Of a stretch of DNA of 64,000 bases, positions 13,461 to 27,020 are shown one piece after another. This DNA comes from Lama guanicoe (taxonomy: Eukaryota). The notes under the pieces were generated by a model, which was given only the letters and a program-made list of their open reading frames with translations, ran no database searches and had not been told where the DNA came from. A program made the translations under genes and the position numbers. Each line of letters starts with the position of its first letter. The stretch's first letter is position 1. Where the stretch lies: the NCBI GenBank assembly GCA_013239625.1, contig MU055785.1:13241861-13305860 (forward strand), given 5' to 3'.

Positions 13461-14849
13461 CAAATTCTACTTCATCCCAGTCTAGTGAAAGGGAGATGCA
13501 GATCTCAGCCCAAGGTGCAGAATTGGATCATGAAGGCACTTTTCCCTTTTTACTCCATGAAGAGGTTGTAACATTCCACACGTTTTACCTAAAAAAGTCT
13601 AAATTTCTGAAGCCTCTGGCAAAGGACAGAGGCACATTCCACATGGCGTTGATGGAGTAGGAGCAAACAGCAGCTGGGCGTGACTGCTCACTTAGCAACC
13701 ACACACCACCCTCTCGGGGGCTCGTACCCCACTCCCCCGCCTGGCACACTCGGTGCTGGGGCTCACCTCCCCCTCGCAGGCATTTATATTTTCACTTTGG
13801 CTCTGGTGACACTTTGTTTGACATCTTTTCCAGAGGTTGAGGCTACTCTGGAGAAGTAAAGGGAGGTCAGATTAATGGCGAGATCACTGGGTTTCTAGAC
13901 GTCAGGGAGAAGTTTGCACTGGAATCGGGGGGCAGATACAGAATGTTTAGTTTGCAAATCACAGTGAGCTCACAAACACAGCCAGTCTTTGCACAAACGT
14001 AGAGCACGTGTCACAGCGAGGGCTCTCGCAGACTTCTGCCTCCATCAGTGAGAGAGGAAATGCTCTTCATCGCGTTTGCACGAGACACGTTGCATCGATG
14101 GGCTTCGCAATATTTCATAGCTCACTCTGACTTTCCTTTGAAGAGGATCGATTTTCATCACAGCAGTTGGGGGAAGGAAAAAAAAAAAAGCCCTGGCTCC
14201 TTGAATCTGAACTTCTTTCCCAGTCTTGAAAACGCAAAGTTCGCCATTATAAGACCAGCCAGGATATTAGACACATTTGAGACCCAGCTGGAGTGTATTT
14301 CAGAGCCAGGCAGCTGATGTCAATTTTCCCGAATTCGCATCTTCTCTTTTTACTGCATTAGCTCGAGGCGGCTCTGGTTCAGGGCGATCCGAGCGGTGCC
14401 AAGTCATAAAGGAACCAAGTTATGAGGAAATGGAGAAAGCAGATGTTTTATGCACGTTCCCCCGAAGAGATGAATTGGGGGTGATGTATAGCTGATGGTG
14501 CCATTGAGAAAAGTGGAGGCGAGGACCACGTGTCCACTCAGGAGACCCGAAGTAGTTTCAACCCCATGACTCCCCTCTGCATTTTATCAGCAAACGCCGC
14601 CGCCCCTGACCGTGCGGCGGACAGCGAGCAAGATCACAGCCGGTAAAGATCAAAGTGCTACCATCCCAGGTTCTCATGACCACAGGGCTTTGATGGGGAG
14701 ACAAGCGTAGAAAGAGGGGGTTGACAATATTTGCAGCCCACGACACAGACGTGGAGCAGAATCAGGCAGAAGAAAAAGAGGAACAACTTGATGGAAAACA
14801 AGCAAAGACTATGAACGGGATGTTGGCCAAACAGGAAATCAAAGTTACC

Positions 14850-15225
14850 AATAAACTGAAGGGGAAACACTCGGCCAGCATCCCTGGGAACTCGGGACGC
14901 GTACGTGAAAACGAGATGCTGTTTCTCGCCCATCAGGTTAGTGTCAGTTCGAGCCCTTAATAGTCTCTGCTGTCGCTGGGGGTGCACGAGGAACAGAGAC
15001 CCACATGCCCTCTGTGGGGCTGTCCGCAGGTACAGACTCTTTGGAAAACAGTCTGGGGTTTTCTGTTCCACGTGCGAGCGCTCAGCTCTTGTGAGGCAAC
15101 TTCCTGGCGGTTACACTCACGAAAGAGCATCAAGATTTCATTCACGGAGAACTTACTTCTAAAAGAAAACCGTTGCAAGCGACCTAAAAGTTCATCAACA
15201 GGGAAGCAGCTCATTAAATCAATAT
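14850..15225 (+). mobile_element. Old L1M ORF2 3' fragment
   Basis: Translation QVQTLWKTVW resembles the L1 ORF2 LVQPLWKTVW motif. Confidence 0.55.
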
Positions 15226-16909
15226 ATCCCACTGGCTTGCAATTACCTTTGATTTTGTGTCCTTCGTGGTAAAGCATTTCTGAGCATGCAATTCAAAGTT
15301 GCATAATTTTATCGGGTTATAGGGATGTGGAGTCTGTGCTGATGTAAACTCTAAACCCTATAAGACATTTTTGAAAATGCAGAAGACAAGTAACACAGAG
15401 CGGGGAAGATTTCAGTGATGGAATTCTGGGTCTCGCTCATGCAGGGTATTGGGGTAGGGGAGGAAATATTGGCTTCAGAAAAAGTTTCTCCAAAAAAGGA
15501 GAATTTTGAACCGAGCACTGAAGGATAAACAGCTGTTCCCCGTGTGCAAAAGGGTTCTCTGTGCAAAGGAACAGATTCATTCAGGTGGCTGGTCCTGCCC
15601 CCTTGGTCCTGCGTGATGCTGGGCACAGGAAAGTTACAGGACCCCCAAGAGCTGTGTCCTCAGCTGGGAGCTGCTGGAGCTTAGAGCAGGGAGGGAGTCT
15701 CACCACTCTTTCCCATGTCCTGTTAAGCGGCTCCCCGAGAACCCAGCTGGAGGCCTGGCAGCCCTGCTCCCAGCAAACCCCCTAGATTATACTCAGCAAG
15801 GACTGAATACGCTTCACATCAGTTTGGCCACCCTGCCCAGGGAGCAGTATTAAAATATCACCCACCCTCTGTGCGATTCCCGGCAAAGAAGAGGTGGATG
15901 GGGGAGGATCCGTGAAGATGTCTCGAAGTTTTAGGAGAAGATGCCTGTAGGAAGACATCCCTATGCATCTTCCACCCTGAGAGAGAGAGAAGCAGAGAGA
16001 AAGTTCCATGCACCTTGCTACCCATGCCCTCCTGGGCTTCTGCAGCACGGTGAACATTGGTCCTGCTCAGACACGTTTCTTCATTCCAAGCTCAAGGGGA
16101 CAGCTGGACTGCTGTTGAAGGGAGCTGGAAATGCGGGTGTTGACAATCATTCTGACATCACGGTCGTTCTCGGCCCCCGTTCCCCAACCCCACCTCCAAA
16201 ACCTTTCCGAGAAAGCCTTCTGATCTTGGCTTGACTCTGTAGGAAGGAAGCACGAACCATGATGAATTCATGAGGAACTTCTTGGAGCTTCATGCTTGAA
16301 CGTTGCCGCATGGCCCAGAACAAATGTCACCTCCTCCAGGAAGCCCTCCTTGGATCCTAACAAGGGAGAAAGTTGATTGTTCCTTCCCTTCTTGAACCAG
16401 AACGCTTTTGACCAGCTCTTTTGGCCCTCGGCGCATTTCCAGCAGAAGAGCTTCTTTCCAGAACCTCTCCCTGCTCAGGCAAGGACACTGCTGGGAGTTG
16501 GGGTGTTTTCCTTTTATATGTATTCGGCTGTCTTTTGACTGATGTAAGAGGTAGCTATTGCTGTGTAACAAGCAACCCCCTAAGTGTAGTTTTCAACAAC
16601 TGTTCTCTGTGGCTTATGACACATCTGTCATCTTGCTAAGTCCCAGAAGGGCCTGCGGATGTCACTTCCCTTGGCATCCGCGAGGGGGCAGCTCAGCTGG
16701 GTCTGGAAAATGCTGGATGCCTCCTTTCCAGGGCTGGCTGTTGTCGGCTGGGAGCTCAGCCAGGGCGAGGGCGGGGGGGTGCTCGGGTCCTCTCCTCGTC
16801 CCTCTCCCGCCGCCAGCGTGGACGCCTCCCCGCGGCCGCCTCAGGGGAGTTGGAGGCTGGCTCTCCCCAGAGCACAGAGCAGACGCTCCTGCCTCCTCTT
16901 CTTTTTTTC

Positions 16910-17110
16910 CCAACCGCTTTGTTGACATGTGGTCAGCATGGGCAGATCTGTACAGAGTTAACGCACGCGACTTGGTGAATTTGGGGATAAGTATGCGTGT
17001 GTGACATTATCGCCACCACCAAGGCCGTGGGCGTAGCCTTCATCTCCCAAAGTTTCCCCCATCCCCCTCATCATCACCGCCATCTTAGTCTCATCACGTC
17101 TTTTGTGTGG
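16910..17110 (-). mobile_element. L1MA/MB-type 3' end fragment, GC-shifted
   Basis: ...gacttggtgaatttggggataagtatgcgtgtgtgacattatcgccaccaccaagg...catctcccaaagtttcccc. Confidence 0.55.
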
Positions 17111-17431
17111 ACGTGTGCTGCGTCTTCTTGAGGCTTAGGCCTGGGACTAGCACAGCCCTGCTCCTGACACATTGTCTTTGGCAAAACCCGTCGCAGGCCC
17201 AGCCTCGATTCATGCGGAGCTGCTAACCCAGGCTGGAGTCCGTGGGGCGTGGTTCCCTGGGGCCAAAATGCACGCGTGATCAACGGATCAACTGTCTTCC
17301 CGCTTGTAGCCGGGACACCGACTGTGGTCACCTTTTTGAACCCTGAGTTCTGGAAGCTAGAAGACACAGATGTGGGAAACGCAGGTTCTAGGATATTGCT
17401 ACAGAGACCGTGATCTGATACAACTTCTCTG

Positions 17432-17752
17432 AGAGTGATCATCTCTAGGTCCATCCTAGAGATGTTGCTGCAAATGGCATTATTTCATTCTTTCTTATGG
17501 CTGAGCAATATTCCATCGTATAAATACACCACATCTTCTTTATCTGTGGATGGACATTCAGGTTGCTTCTGTGTCTTGGCTGCTGTCGGTGGTGCTGCTG
17601 TGAGCGCTGGGGTGCAGGTGTCTTTTTGAACTACAGTGTTCTCTGCGTAGATGTTCAGGAGTGGCTGGATGATACGGTAGCTCTGTTTTTAACTTTTTAG
17701 GGGACCTCCAGACTGTTCTCCACAGCGGCTGCACCAATTCACATTCCCACCA
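17432..17752 (-). mobile_element. L1 ORF2 3' fragment
   Basis: Minus-strand translation [30 protein letters not shown] matches L1 ORF2. Confidence 0.85.
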
Positions 17753-17864
17753 GTTAGATGCAATTTTAAATTGCCCCAAGCCTAGGAGCCAGGAGGTCCC
17801 CTTGGAGGAACAGGCAGCACGTTTGCACCTTGCCCTGATGTTAACAGGGAGTCGGCTGTAATAG

Positions 17865-18480
17865 ACTGGGAACAACTGGTCACGTCAATTCTGGTACTTT
17901 CATCACAGGGAACATTATAGAGCCATTAAAAGTGGGTTGTATCTGTAGCTACCGATCTGGAAAGTCCTATAAGAAACACCGCGACGTCAAAAAAAAAAGA
18001 AAGAAAAGGCACAGAGCAGTGTGTGCGGCAGGCTAACATTTGATGCTAAAAGAAGAAAGATATTATTGCCGCCTATGTGTGTGATGCATCTAACACGTGG
18101 GTGAGGCCTGGGGACATTCTGCCCAGGGAAATGAGCCAGTCGCAAAAGGACTGATGCTGCAGGGTTCCATTCAGAGGAGGTTTCTGGCGCCGTCGGGTAA
18201 GCCCCGCCGCTGGTGGTGGGGATGCTCGCACAACAAGGGGCAGATTCTGGATGCGACTGAACGGGACGCTTAGAATTGGTCAAGGCGATGCGCTTTAGGC
18301 TGTGTGCATCTTCACACAATTAAAAATGGAAAGCAAAATGAAGGGCTGTGTTTGCAAGTGGCCAGCAGGTCTCTGGTAAGGGAATCTGAGAAACTCAGGG
18401 TCAGGTTTGGGAGGAGAACTGTGCACCACGTTCTCCTTCATCTTGTTTAAATTTTTGTCACTGTGCATGCGTGTCGCATT
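17865..18480 (+). mobile_element. Old L1M 3' fragments
   Basis: atgagccagtcgcaaaaggactgatgctgcagggttccatt...gactgaacgggacgcttagaattggtcaagg...cacaattaaaaat. Confidence 0.5.
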
Positions 18481-20379
18481 TAAAAGTATCTTTAAGTGTC
18501 ACCAGATGGTAAATAATTACAATAGCCAAATGTACAGCCAAATGTCCTTTAACAACATGATATAAATTTATAATGTATACATTTATATGTAATTTATATT
18601 ATGTATTTATGTTAATATATTGTGTTTCTGTAAGTATAGGGTGTATACTATAAAGATGTATTTAGCAGTGTATATTTAGCGATCTCTGACCTGGTTTGCA
18701 AGACCCGAATTCTTCTGTGATGTGGTTGAAAGGATGGTGAGCTGCAGGGTGAAGTGGGGTTTGGACTTGTGTTTTTCCACCATTACATAAGCAGATACAA
18801 CCGCCAAACTGCTGTCTTTACTTAAACATCCTTAATGATGTGGGAGATTTGCCCCCACATCCTCCTTTTTTCTCTTTCATGCCTCTTGTGGAAAGAAAAT
18901 TGTGGCAAATATTAACCAGGAACTAAAGCGAAGCAGGAAGGAGGATGTTTCGTCTTCCGCCGAGGCGATGTGAGTGCACGCTGGTACTTACTGAAAAGAC
19001 AGACCCCACGCGGCCAGCATCCCAGGTTGACAGTTTTGTTCGTTTCTCCCCCAACGTCTCTCCATCCTGAACGCGACTCTGCAGCCACGTGGGGCTCACG
19101 TCCTGGTGACCCTCCCGCGGCCCCAGCAAGCTGGCTTCCTCTGTGGGTGCAGAGAGCACAGGGAGGGAGGGCGTGCACAGTGCTAGGGACCAGGAGACCC
19201 CACGTCCAAGTTCCTGCTCTTCGTTTGTCACTTAGGGCAAGATTCACAGCAGCTTGAGGCTACAGAGGAGGAAGGAGACGGAGGTGGGGTTCCCGGGGCT
19301 GCTCTCAAAGGCTGTCTCCTCCTGGTGGTGGTGTTGGCAGTGGGCGTTGGCAACGGTGTTCACCGCCAGCAAGATAAGGCGAAGTATCACACAAGCTGCC
19401 TCTGTTTGGATCATGCACGTGGGGACATCAAATCAGTCGAGTCACAGAGAGACACAGTGATCTCACGTCCCTTGTTTTCTGAGTCCTTCTGAGGAGGCAG
19501 ATGGGAGGGCAGCCCTGGGGCTCAAGATGTCCTGCCGCGAGGTCTGACAAGCGGTTTCCACCTGGTTCATTTCCCATTGGCAGGTGGCTCTTCCTTCCAA
19601 CTTGATGTATCGATGTAAAATTCTGTGATGAATAGGGGCGTGTAAGTTTAAGGGGAAAGTGAGACTGTTTACAGAGAAAACGCAAAACTGTGTACCTAGA
19701 TTTGGCCACAGGTCGTGCAGGTGGTGGGTGTTTCCACATTTGAAGTTTGGAGACCTGCAAGGCATTTCATTCTGGTAAAAACCCTATGGACTGGACCCTG
19801 ATACATCTCATTTAAAGACGATTTAAGCATCCGGTATATGGGAAAATAAAGCTCAAAGGAGAAATAGCAGATAGCCCTAAAGCCCCCTTCCAAAAAACAC
19901 GTGGCTGAGTGTTTATCTGTCTGCGAATTCATTTGTGACTAATTGGAGGAGCCCTTCAGCTTGCACTGGGTTGCAGAAGTGAAGCTTTGACTTGGTGTGT
20001 GAAGGGCAGCAAAGAGGAAGTCAGGGATTGTGTTGGCAAGCTTTTGGGTCTACTTCTTGCACACAATGCGAAGTTTCCCGATTGGGCGAGGGCAGACTAA
20101 AGGGCTCCAGGCTGGAGCTGCCTGGCTGAGCTCTGGGGACTGGATGACAGACAAGGTGTGTCTCATGCTCTGTGATAGGCACCAGGCAGCCATGCCTGTT
20201 CCCTGCTTTGAGAGGCACCAACAGACTCTCCAGCTGGGCAGGAGCCAGGGGCAGCTCTCTGCATACAAAGCACACAAGGCACAAAGCAGGAGTTCGAACG
20301 GCGTGTGAGGGCCTCACTGACCCACCGCACCCTAACCAGCTACCCTGCCTCTAGCCCCAGGATGGCCTTCCTTTGCCCT

Positions 20380-20732
20380 CAGGGTCAAGTCCAGGCCTGT
20401 CTGCATCCTGCAGCCCTCTGCCTAGACCTTCATCCACACTCACCCTCACTCTTCCGTTCTGCCCACCTCCCACCTCAGGACCTTTGCACATGCTGCCCTT
20501 CTGCCAGCAGGGTTTTAGCAAGCCTCTCTTCATCTCTAAGACTTCAGTTTAAATATCCACGCCCCCTTAGGCATTCAGTTATAGTACAACCCTCCCCTCC
20601 CCAGTGGAACGGAAGTTCTGTGATGTTTACCTTTCTCATTCCACACACACCTCCAGTAAGGTGTTGGGAAGTGCTCAAAATATGCATTCAGTGAATGAAT
20701 AAATGATTGATGGAATGAATGAATTAATGAAT
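20380..20732 (+). mobile_element. L2 3' fragment with (GAAT)n tail
   Basis: cctcaggacctttgcacatgctg...gtgctcaaaatatgcattcagtgaatgaataaatgattgatggaatgaatgaat. Confidence 0.65.
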
Positions 20733-21167
20733 TCTTCACGCTTCCCGCAAGCTGAACGGGGACTGCGACTGGACGTTACCCAGCAGATTTCCACTCAACA
20801 TAAAGCAGAACTTCCCCACCATCAGGCTGCCCACGGATGAAATTGGCCGCCCCGGGAAGTGCCTGGCTCTGTCGCAGCTGGACCCAGGGAGCCGGGGCTG
20901 AGGGGCTCACCTGTCGGGACAGGAACACCTGCTGGAGGGACGGGAGCAGATGACTGACCACAGGGCCCCCCCAGGGCAGGCAATGAGTGCCTTTCCTGGT
21001 GGACCATTTAACATTAGGGTCCTGGCCCTGCCATTTGTCACTGTCAAGTATCGAGATGCTCGGGGAGCTGTGAGAACCAAGTTCCCTTTTGTAGCAAGCC
21101 TGGCTCTGCAGTGGGTGCACGGACGGCGGTCATGGTCACGAGGGCTCCTAAATCTTCATGTTTCCGC

Positions 21168-21290
21168 CCCCCCTTCCCTTCCCCTCCACCCTTTTCTTCC
21201 CCTCCATCTTTCCCTCTCCCCCTCCTCCCTTGCTATCCTTCCCTACCTCCTTCTCTCTCTTCCTCTCCTGTCTCTTCTTTCTCTCTGTTC
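21168..21290 (+). repeat. CT-rich polypyrimidine low-complexity tract
   Basis: cccccttcccttcccctccacccttttcttcccctccatctttccctctccccctcc..., almost free of purines. Confidence 0.9.
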
Positions 21291-21354
21291 AAATTAAAAT
21301 AAGAGAAAGCTCTCTTTACTCAGCTAAGCTGAAAGGCCACTGCTTTTTAAATTT

Positions 21355-21875
21355 TCATTTATCTATTTATTTATTTTAATTGAAGTATAGTTGCTGTCCG
21401 ATATTATATGTGTTGCAGGTGTGCAGTACAGTGATTCACAATTTTTAAAGGTTATTCTCCATTTATAGTTATTATAAAATATTGACTGCAGTCCCCGTGT
21501 TGGGCAGTACATCCTTGGAGCTTATTTTATGCCTAACAGTTTGTCCGTCCTCATCCTCCACCCCTGCCTTGCCCCTCCCCCTGCCCTTTCCCCACTGGGA
21601 GCCACTAGCTTGTTTTCTACATCTGTGAGTCTGTTTATTTTGTTCTATTCACTAATGTGTTGTATTTTTAGATTCCACATTTATCAGTGACATCATACAG
21701 TATTTGTCTTTCTCGGTCTGACTTATTTCACTGAGCATAATAACCTCCAGGTCCATCCTTGTTGCTGCAAGTGGCATTGTTTTATTCTTTTTTATGGCTG
21801 TGTAGTATTCCATTGTGTATATATTAATACACTATGTCTTCCTTATCCATTTATCTGTGGAGGGACACTTGGTTC
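21355..21875 (-). mobile_element. L1 3' end (artiodactyl-type)
   Basis: tttaattgaagtatagttg...tttttagattccacatt...atcatacagtatttgtctttctcggtctgacttatttcactgagcataataacctccaggtccatcc. Confidence 0.88.
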
Positions 21876-24435
21876 CTTCCATACGTTGGAAGCCTAGTGC
21901 TTTCAACATCCAGGCCAGTTCTGTGAGGGGTGTGATGTCACCCCCCGCTCCCCGCAGGTCTCAGCACAGAGACACTTTCCCAGCATCACACAGTTAGAAG
22001 ACAGAATTCAGGTTTTTACCTGGATGTGTCCAACGGCGGCATGGGAATTGGAGGCCAGCAGATCTGGGTTCAAGCCCCGCTTTGCGAGCTCTGTGTGCCC
22101 CCTTACTCCACGTGAGCCTGAGTGGGACCTCGTTATAGGACCGTCCTGAGGACCGGGGGAGCTGACGTACAGTGAACACCCAGCACCAGGCGGATGCATC
22201 GTAAATCCTGGTTCACATCTCTTTCCCCGCCTAATCCACCTGTTTCCAACTCAATGGACACTTTTAAAGAGAGGTTTATCAAGGTGGTTCGTGCCAATCA
22301 TTCCCCACTCTCCTGGCTTCTCCCAGTGCATTCGCACTTTCCTCTCTCTGATAGCATTTTCCATGCTCGCCTGCAGAATCATGGAGATGGTGGTGGCTGG
22401 GGTGTTAGGAGCCTGGCTTCCAGACACTGGCTCTTTAGAGAGTGAGACTGCTGTCCGTAGCTCCAGGACGAGGCTCGCTCTGAGCCCTTGGTGAGGGAAC
22501 GAGAGGACAGGGAAATCCAGCCGAGTGAGGTCCACTCCTCCCACCCACGGCTCCGTAGCCCCTCTGGGTCAGAGCAGCCGCGTTCCCAGTTTAGCCCCGA
22601 GTCTCCTGCACAGTTCAGCGCAGACTCCTAGCAGGCTCCCTGCAGCCTGGGGGGCCGGAGGCGAGGAGACCTCCCTGTGAGATGATGCGTCAGCCACGAC
22701 CCCTGGAGCATTCATCCAGGGCTCGGTCACAGGTGTCCCCATCCCTGGTGAACGGTCACTAGCCCTACTGTGTTGATCTGTTCATTGTAACTCCCCCACT
22801 CTCCCCTCCTGCACCCGCAACATGCACACACTAGAATGAAGCCTCCAGGAGAAACAGGATCTTTATTTTCTTGCGGCTGTGTGTCCGGTTCCTCAAAAAT
22901 CACCTTTGCGTCTTGCAGGCAGTCGTTAGCTATTTCTGGAAAGAATGCATGTTGCACGGAGCAAATGGAGGTGGCCGGAGACCTCCTGGTCCTGCGCCTG
23001 GAGGGCTCAGAGCCGCTGTCCCTCGGCAGCAAGGCTGGGAATCGGAGAAAGTAAAGGAACAGCTGTCGAGGCTACTTCGCAGCAACACGTCGGAGCGTGA
23101 AGGCTCTGGGATTGAACCTAGTTTTCGGCAAGGAGGTTCCTTTCCATTTCTAGCGTGAACACAGGATTATTCAGCTCCCCGCAGCCCTGGGTCTGGGGAG
23201 TCCACCCAAACAGAGTTTACTCTAAGATGAAATTGCAGCCTTTAAACTGATTTCTCAAAGGATGCGGTTCATTTCAGCATCGCTCCTCTCTCTTTGGGCA
23301 GCTTCCAAGACACCTAAGAATGGCTTTTTCTAAATTGGAGGCCCCCTTGGATTTGCCTCAGCTAAGTAGTTATGACTCCCGTGCTTGTGATTTGAAAAAC
23401 CGCCCTCCCCCCTCCGCCCCCGCGGCTGCTGGAAGGGGACCAGATCTGGTGGTGGCGGCATCCTTCGCATCTGAGGAGGGAGAGAGCTGCCTGCCAGCAA
23501 GCATTCCTTTCTTATGATGGATCAAAACGGTCGGCAAAGCTGGAAGGAAAAACACGGCTCCCCAGAGAACCGAGCGGGGAAGTATTGTTTTGATCCTCCG
23601 TTTACTTTCCCGTCCCCTGCATTTTTTCCTGAGATCCGATTCTCTTGCTGTGTCTGGTGATGGCTCCCAGGGGAGACATTTGTTCATGGCATCTGCCTGC
23701 CTTTCAGGCCAGACCGCCTTGGTGTTAGAACACAAGGAACTGTTCAGAGACGAAGGAGTTCGATGTGGCTCCGGGTAACTGGAGGAAGGCGGGGACGTCC
23801 CATGATGCTCTGTTTCTTTGGGCACTGGCTTCCCAAAGTGATGACATCTGTCTGACGCGGGACACACACCACTGTGTCATGTGCAGGCTGTTAAAGCCTA
23901 GCACACAGGTTATCTGGTCATCTGATCTCCTTTTACAAAAGTGGACGCTGAGGCCCTGGGAGGAGCAACGGTAAACCAGATGTCTCGGTCGGGGTTGTCC
24001 ATCGCAAAGCAGGAGATACCAGATCTGGGTGACTCAAGCCAGAGGGAATGCATGAGGCAGAGCAGGAGGTCCCAGGGTCACAGCAGGCAGAAGGGTGGGC
24101 TTCGGAGTGGGCAAGAACCAGCGAGACACAGGGGACCAGGCAGTAGTTGCCGGAGCAGGGGCCGTGAGGCAGAAAGAGATCAGCTGGAGTCAGACAGGGT
24201 GATGACTTAACTCAGCCATCCCTCCCTTTTTCTCTTCTTTGCAACACTTGTGCGCAAGGTCCCAGGTGGGCACGTCCACCTGGTGAAGTCACCTTGGCCA
24301 CGCAGCACTGGGAAGATGGAGGAGTCTGCCACTTCACCTTTAAAGTGTGTGTGTGTGTGGGGGGGGGGTAAAGTCCAGAAATTAACCTCTCGTCGCAGCT
24401 CAGCAGAAGCAGTGAAGGCTGATGCTCCAAAAGGA

Positions 24436-24880
24436 AACAGAAGAATAAAATCATGTCATTTGCAGCAACATGGTTGGGCGTGGAGAGCATTGTATTAAGT
24501 GAAGTAAGTCAGGCAGAGAAACACAGATACCACATGATATCACTTATATGTGAAATCTAAAACACTGACACCAATGAACTTATCTACAAAACAGAAAGAG
24601 ACTCACAGACATAGAAACAAACTCATGGCTACCAGGGGAGTCAGGGAGGTGGGGAGGGATCAACTGGGAGTTCGAGATGTGCAGATACTAACTGTTATGT
24701 ATAAAGTGGATAAACAGCATCCTACTGCAGAGCACAGGGAGCTATAGTCAAGATCTTGGAACAGCCTACAGTGGAAAAGGATATGAAAAGGTATATATAC
24801 GTATAGCTGGATCACTACACTGTACACTAGAAATGAACCGAGCACTGTAAATCGACTACGCTTCAATTTTTTTTTAAAAA
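24436..24880 (+). mobile_element. L1 3' end
   Basis: aataaaatcatgtcatttgcagcaacatgg...gaagtaagtcaggcagagaaacacagataccacatgatatcacttatatgtg...tgtaaatcgactacgcttcaatt. Confidence 0.88.
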
Positions 24881-25302
24881 GAGGAAACAGCCACGCTATT
24901 AAATCGCAATAAATTGGGTGGATGCTGGGGAGCTCTGAAATAGCCAGTCCACCAGGACTGCTGCCGGTTCTTGATTCCCGACCCCGTGTTCCATCACCCT
25001 GGGCGCCTTTCACGTGGGTCCCAAGTCAGGATGGGGAGCATCAGGGGAAGAATCATGGGAGACCCTGCCTCCCCCCGACACATGTAGCACGACAGCCCCG
25101 GCAGACGCCAGCGTTGCCACTCAGAAGCCCTTCCTACTAAAAGCCATTTGTTAACATTGACTGAGTCCGGTGCTTTGTTATCCCGGCGGTACCAGCCACT
25201 TGTGTCACTGAAGACTTGACTCTCCCGGATGGAGATAGTTCTTTTCAGCCCATCTATCTCCCCCTTTTTTTTTTAAAGCAGTCCTGGAAAAATACTTGAG
25301 TT

Positions 25303-25760
25303 TTTTTTTTTAAAAAATTGAAGTGTAGTTGATTTCCAATGTTGTGCAAGCTTCTGGCATGCAGCACTGTGATTCAGCTATACATACACACACATATGTA
25401 TTTCTTCTTTTCAGATTATTTTCCATTATATGTTATTACATGAAGTTGAATATAGTCCCCTGTGCTTTCCAGTAAGTCCTTGTTGTTTATCTCTTTTATA
25501 TACAGTAGTGTGTGTGTGTTAATCCCCAACCCCTAATTTATCCCCCCTCCCCCTTTCCTCTTTGGTAACCATAGGTTTGTTTCCTGTGTCTGTGAGTCTA
25601 TTTCTGGTTTGTAAATAAGTTCATTTGTATCTTTTTTTTTTTAGACTCCACATGTAAGTGATATATGGTATTTGTCTCTGTCTGACTGACTTCCCTTAGT
25701 ATGATCATCTCTAGGTCCATCCGTATTGCTGCAAATGACATGATTTCATTCTTTTTATTA
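25303..25760 (-). mobile_element. L1 3' end
   Basis: aattgaagtgtagttgatttccaatgttgtg...ctctaggtccatccgtattgctgcaaatgacatgatttcattctttt. Confidence 0.88.
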
Positions 25761-26264
25761 ATCAGCTCATCTATTTTCTATTAGGGATACTTTCGGGGCA
25801 CTTAATAAAGGCTTTCCCTAAACTGGAGATGCCAAGTGGTGCAAATACACTTAGTCGAGTTGGGAGGGGGTGGCTTGGCAGGGAGACTTGGACCCGTGCC
25901 CGCCTTTGGGACACTGAAGGGCCTCTGGAAACTAAAAGGGAGGTTTGTAAGGGCAGGCTGGGCTCCCCCTTGATTCCTGGTCGGCGTTTGATTTCCTTGT
26001 TAAGCAACAAAAAACGGCAGATTCTTGAAGAATTACTCTCGCTCTGTATTTCAACAGTCCACCCGCGGAAGTGGTTTGCTTCTCGCCTCCGTTTTCTCAG
26101 CTTCCTTTTACTTCCCTAAATCAGCTTCACCAGTTGCATGTGCCCTTTGCGGATGTTGCCAGTTAGCATTGCTGCGAAAGAACAAAAGTTAGTTTACAGG
26201 GGTGGCTGGTTAAGTAGCACCGCTATCCGAGGATAACAAAGCTGGAGGCTACAGCACAGGAACG

Positions 26265-27020
26265 TATATTCATTCAACTCATGAAGATTTACTCGTCTTC
26301 TCCAATATACCAAGCACTGTTCCAGGCACTGGGGGAGCAACAGAGACCCAGACAAAAGCTCTCATTTCAAGAGACTTACTTCTCAGTGGGAAAGACAGAA
26401 ACTGGACAAAAGGAAAAGCAAACATCTTCAGCAGTGCAGTTGTGAAAATCTAGCAACGTGACTGCTTCTGGGGGGTGGGTGTTGGCGAGCGTCTACTTGA
26501 GGCACGTGTTGAAGTGCTGGAAGGTGTTGGCCTCTGAGCCAGGTGACAAGAGGGAGCCAGCCATGCAAGCAGCGGCCAGAGGGACCGGCAGATGCACCTG
26601 TGGGAATGATCTTGGCAGGTTGTGCAGCGGACAGGAGTCCCGGTGCAGCCGGAGCCCAGCGACCCAGTGAGAGGAGGCAAAAGATGCGGTCAGAGGGAGA
26701 GGATGGGCCCGAGGGAAGGAGTGCTCAGGGGGCTTTCTGACCGTGGCAGGAAGCCAGGCAGACTTGTAACAATGCACATGGCCCTAGGAGTGGCATAGGA
26801 CAGAAAGACGCCTTGGACTCCTGGGAGGAGAAGAGACTGCAGACACAAGAATAGAGTCTGGGAGAACGGGCGGCTGCAGGGGTCCAGGAGAGGGACAAAG
26901 GGGCTTGGATCGGAGGTCACAGTGAAGCGATGGAGAAGTGGAAAGACTCGAGATACATTTGGAGGCAGAGCCAACAGAACTGGCTGGTGGAGTGGGTGTG
27001 TGGAGGGACAGTGGGGAAAG
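26265..27020 (-). mobile_element. L2 fragment
   Basis: attcattcaactcatgaagatttactc...ccaagcactgttccaggcactggg...gagatacatttggaggcagagccaacagaactggctggtgg. Confidence 0.7.
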
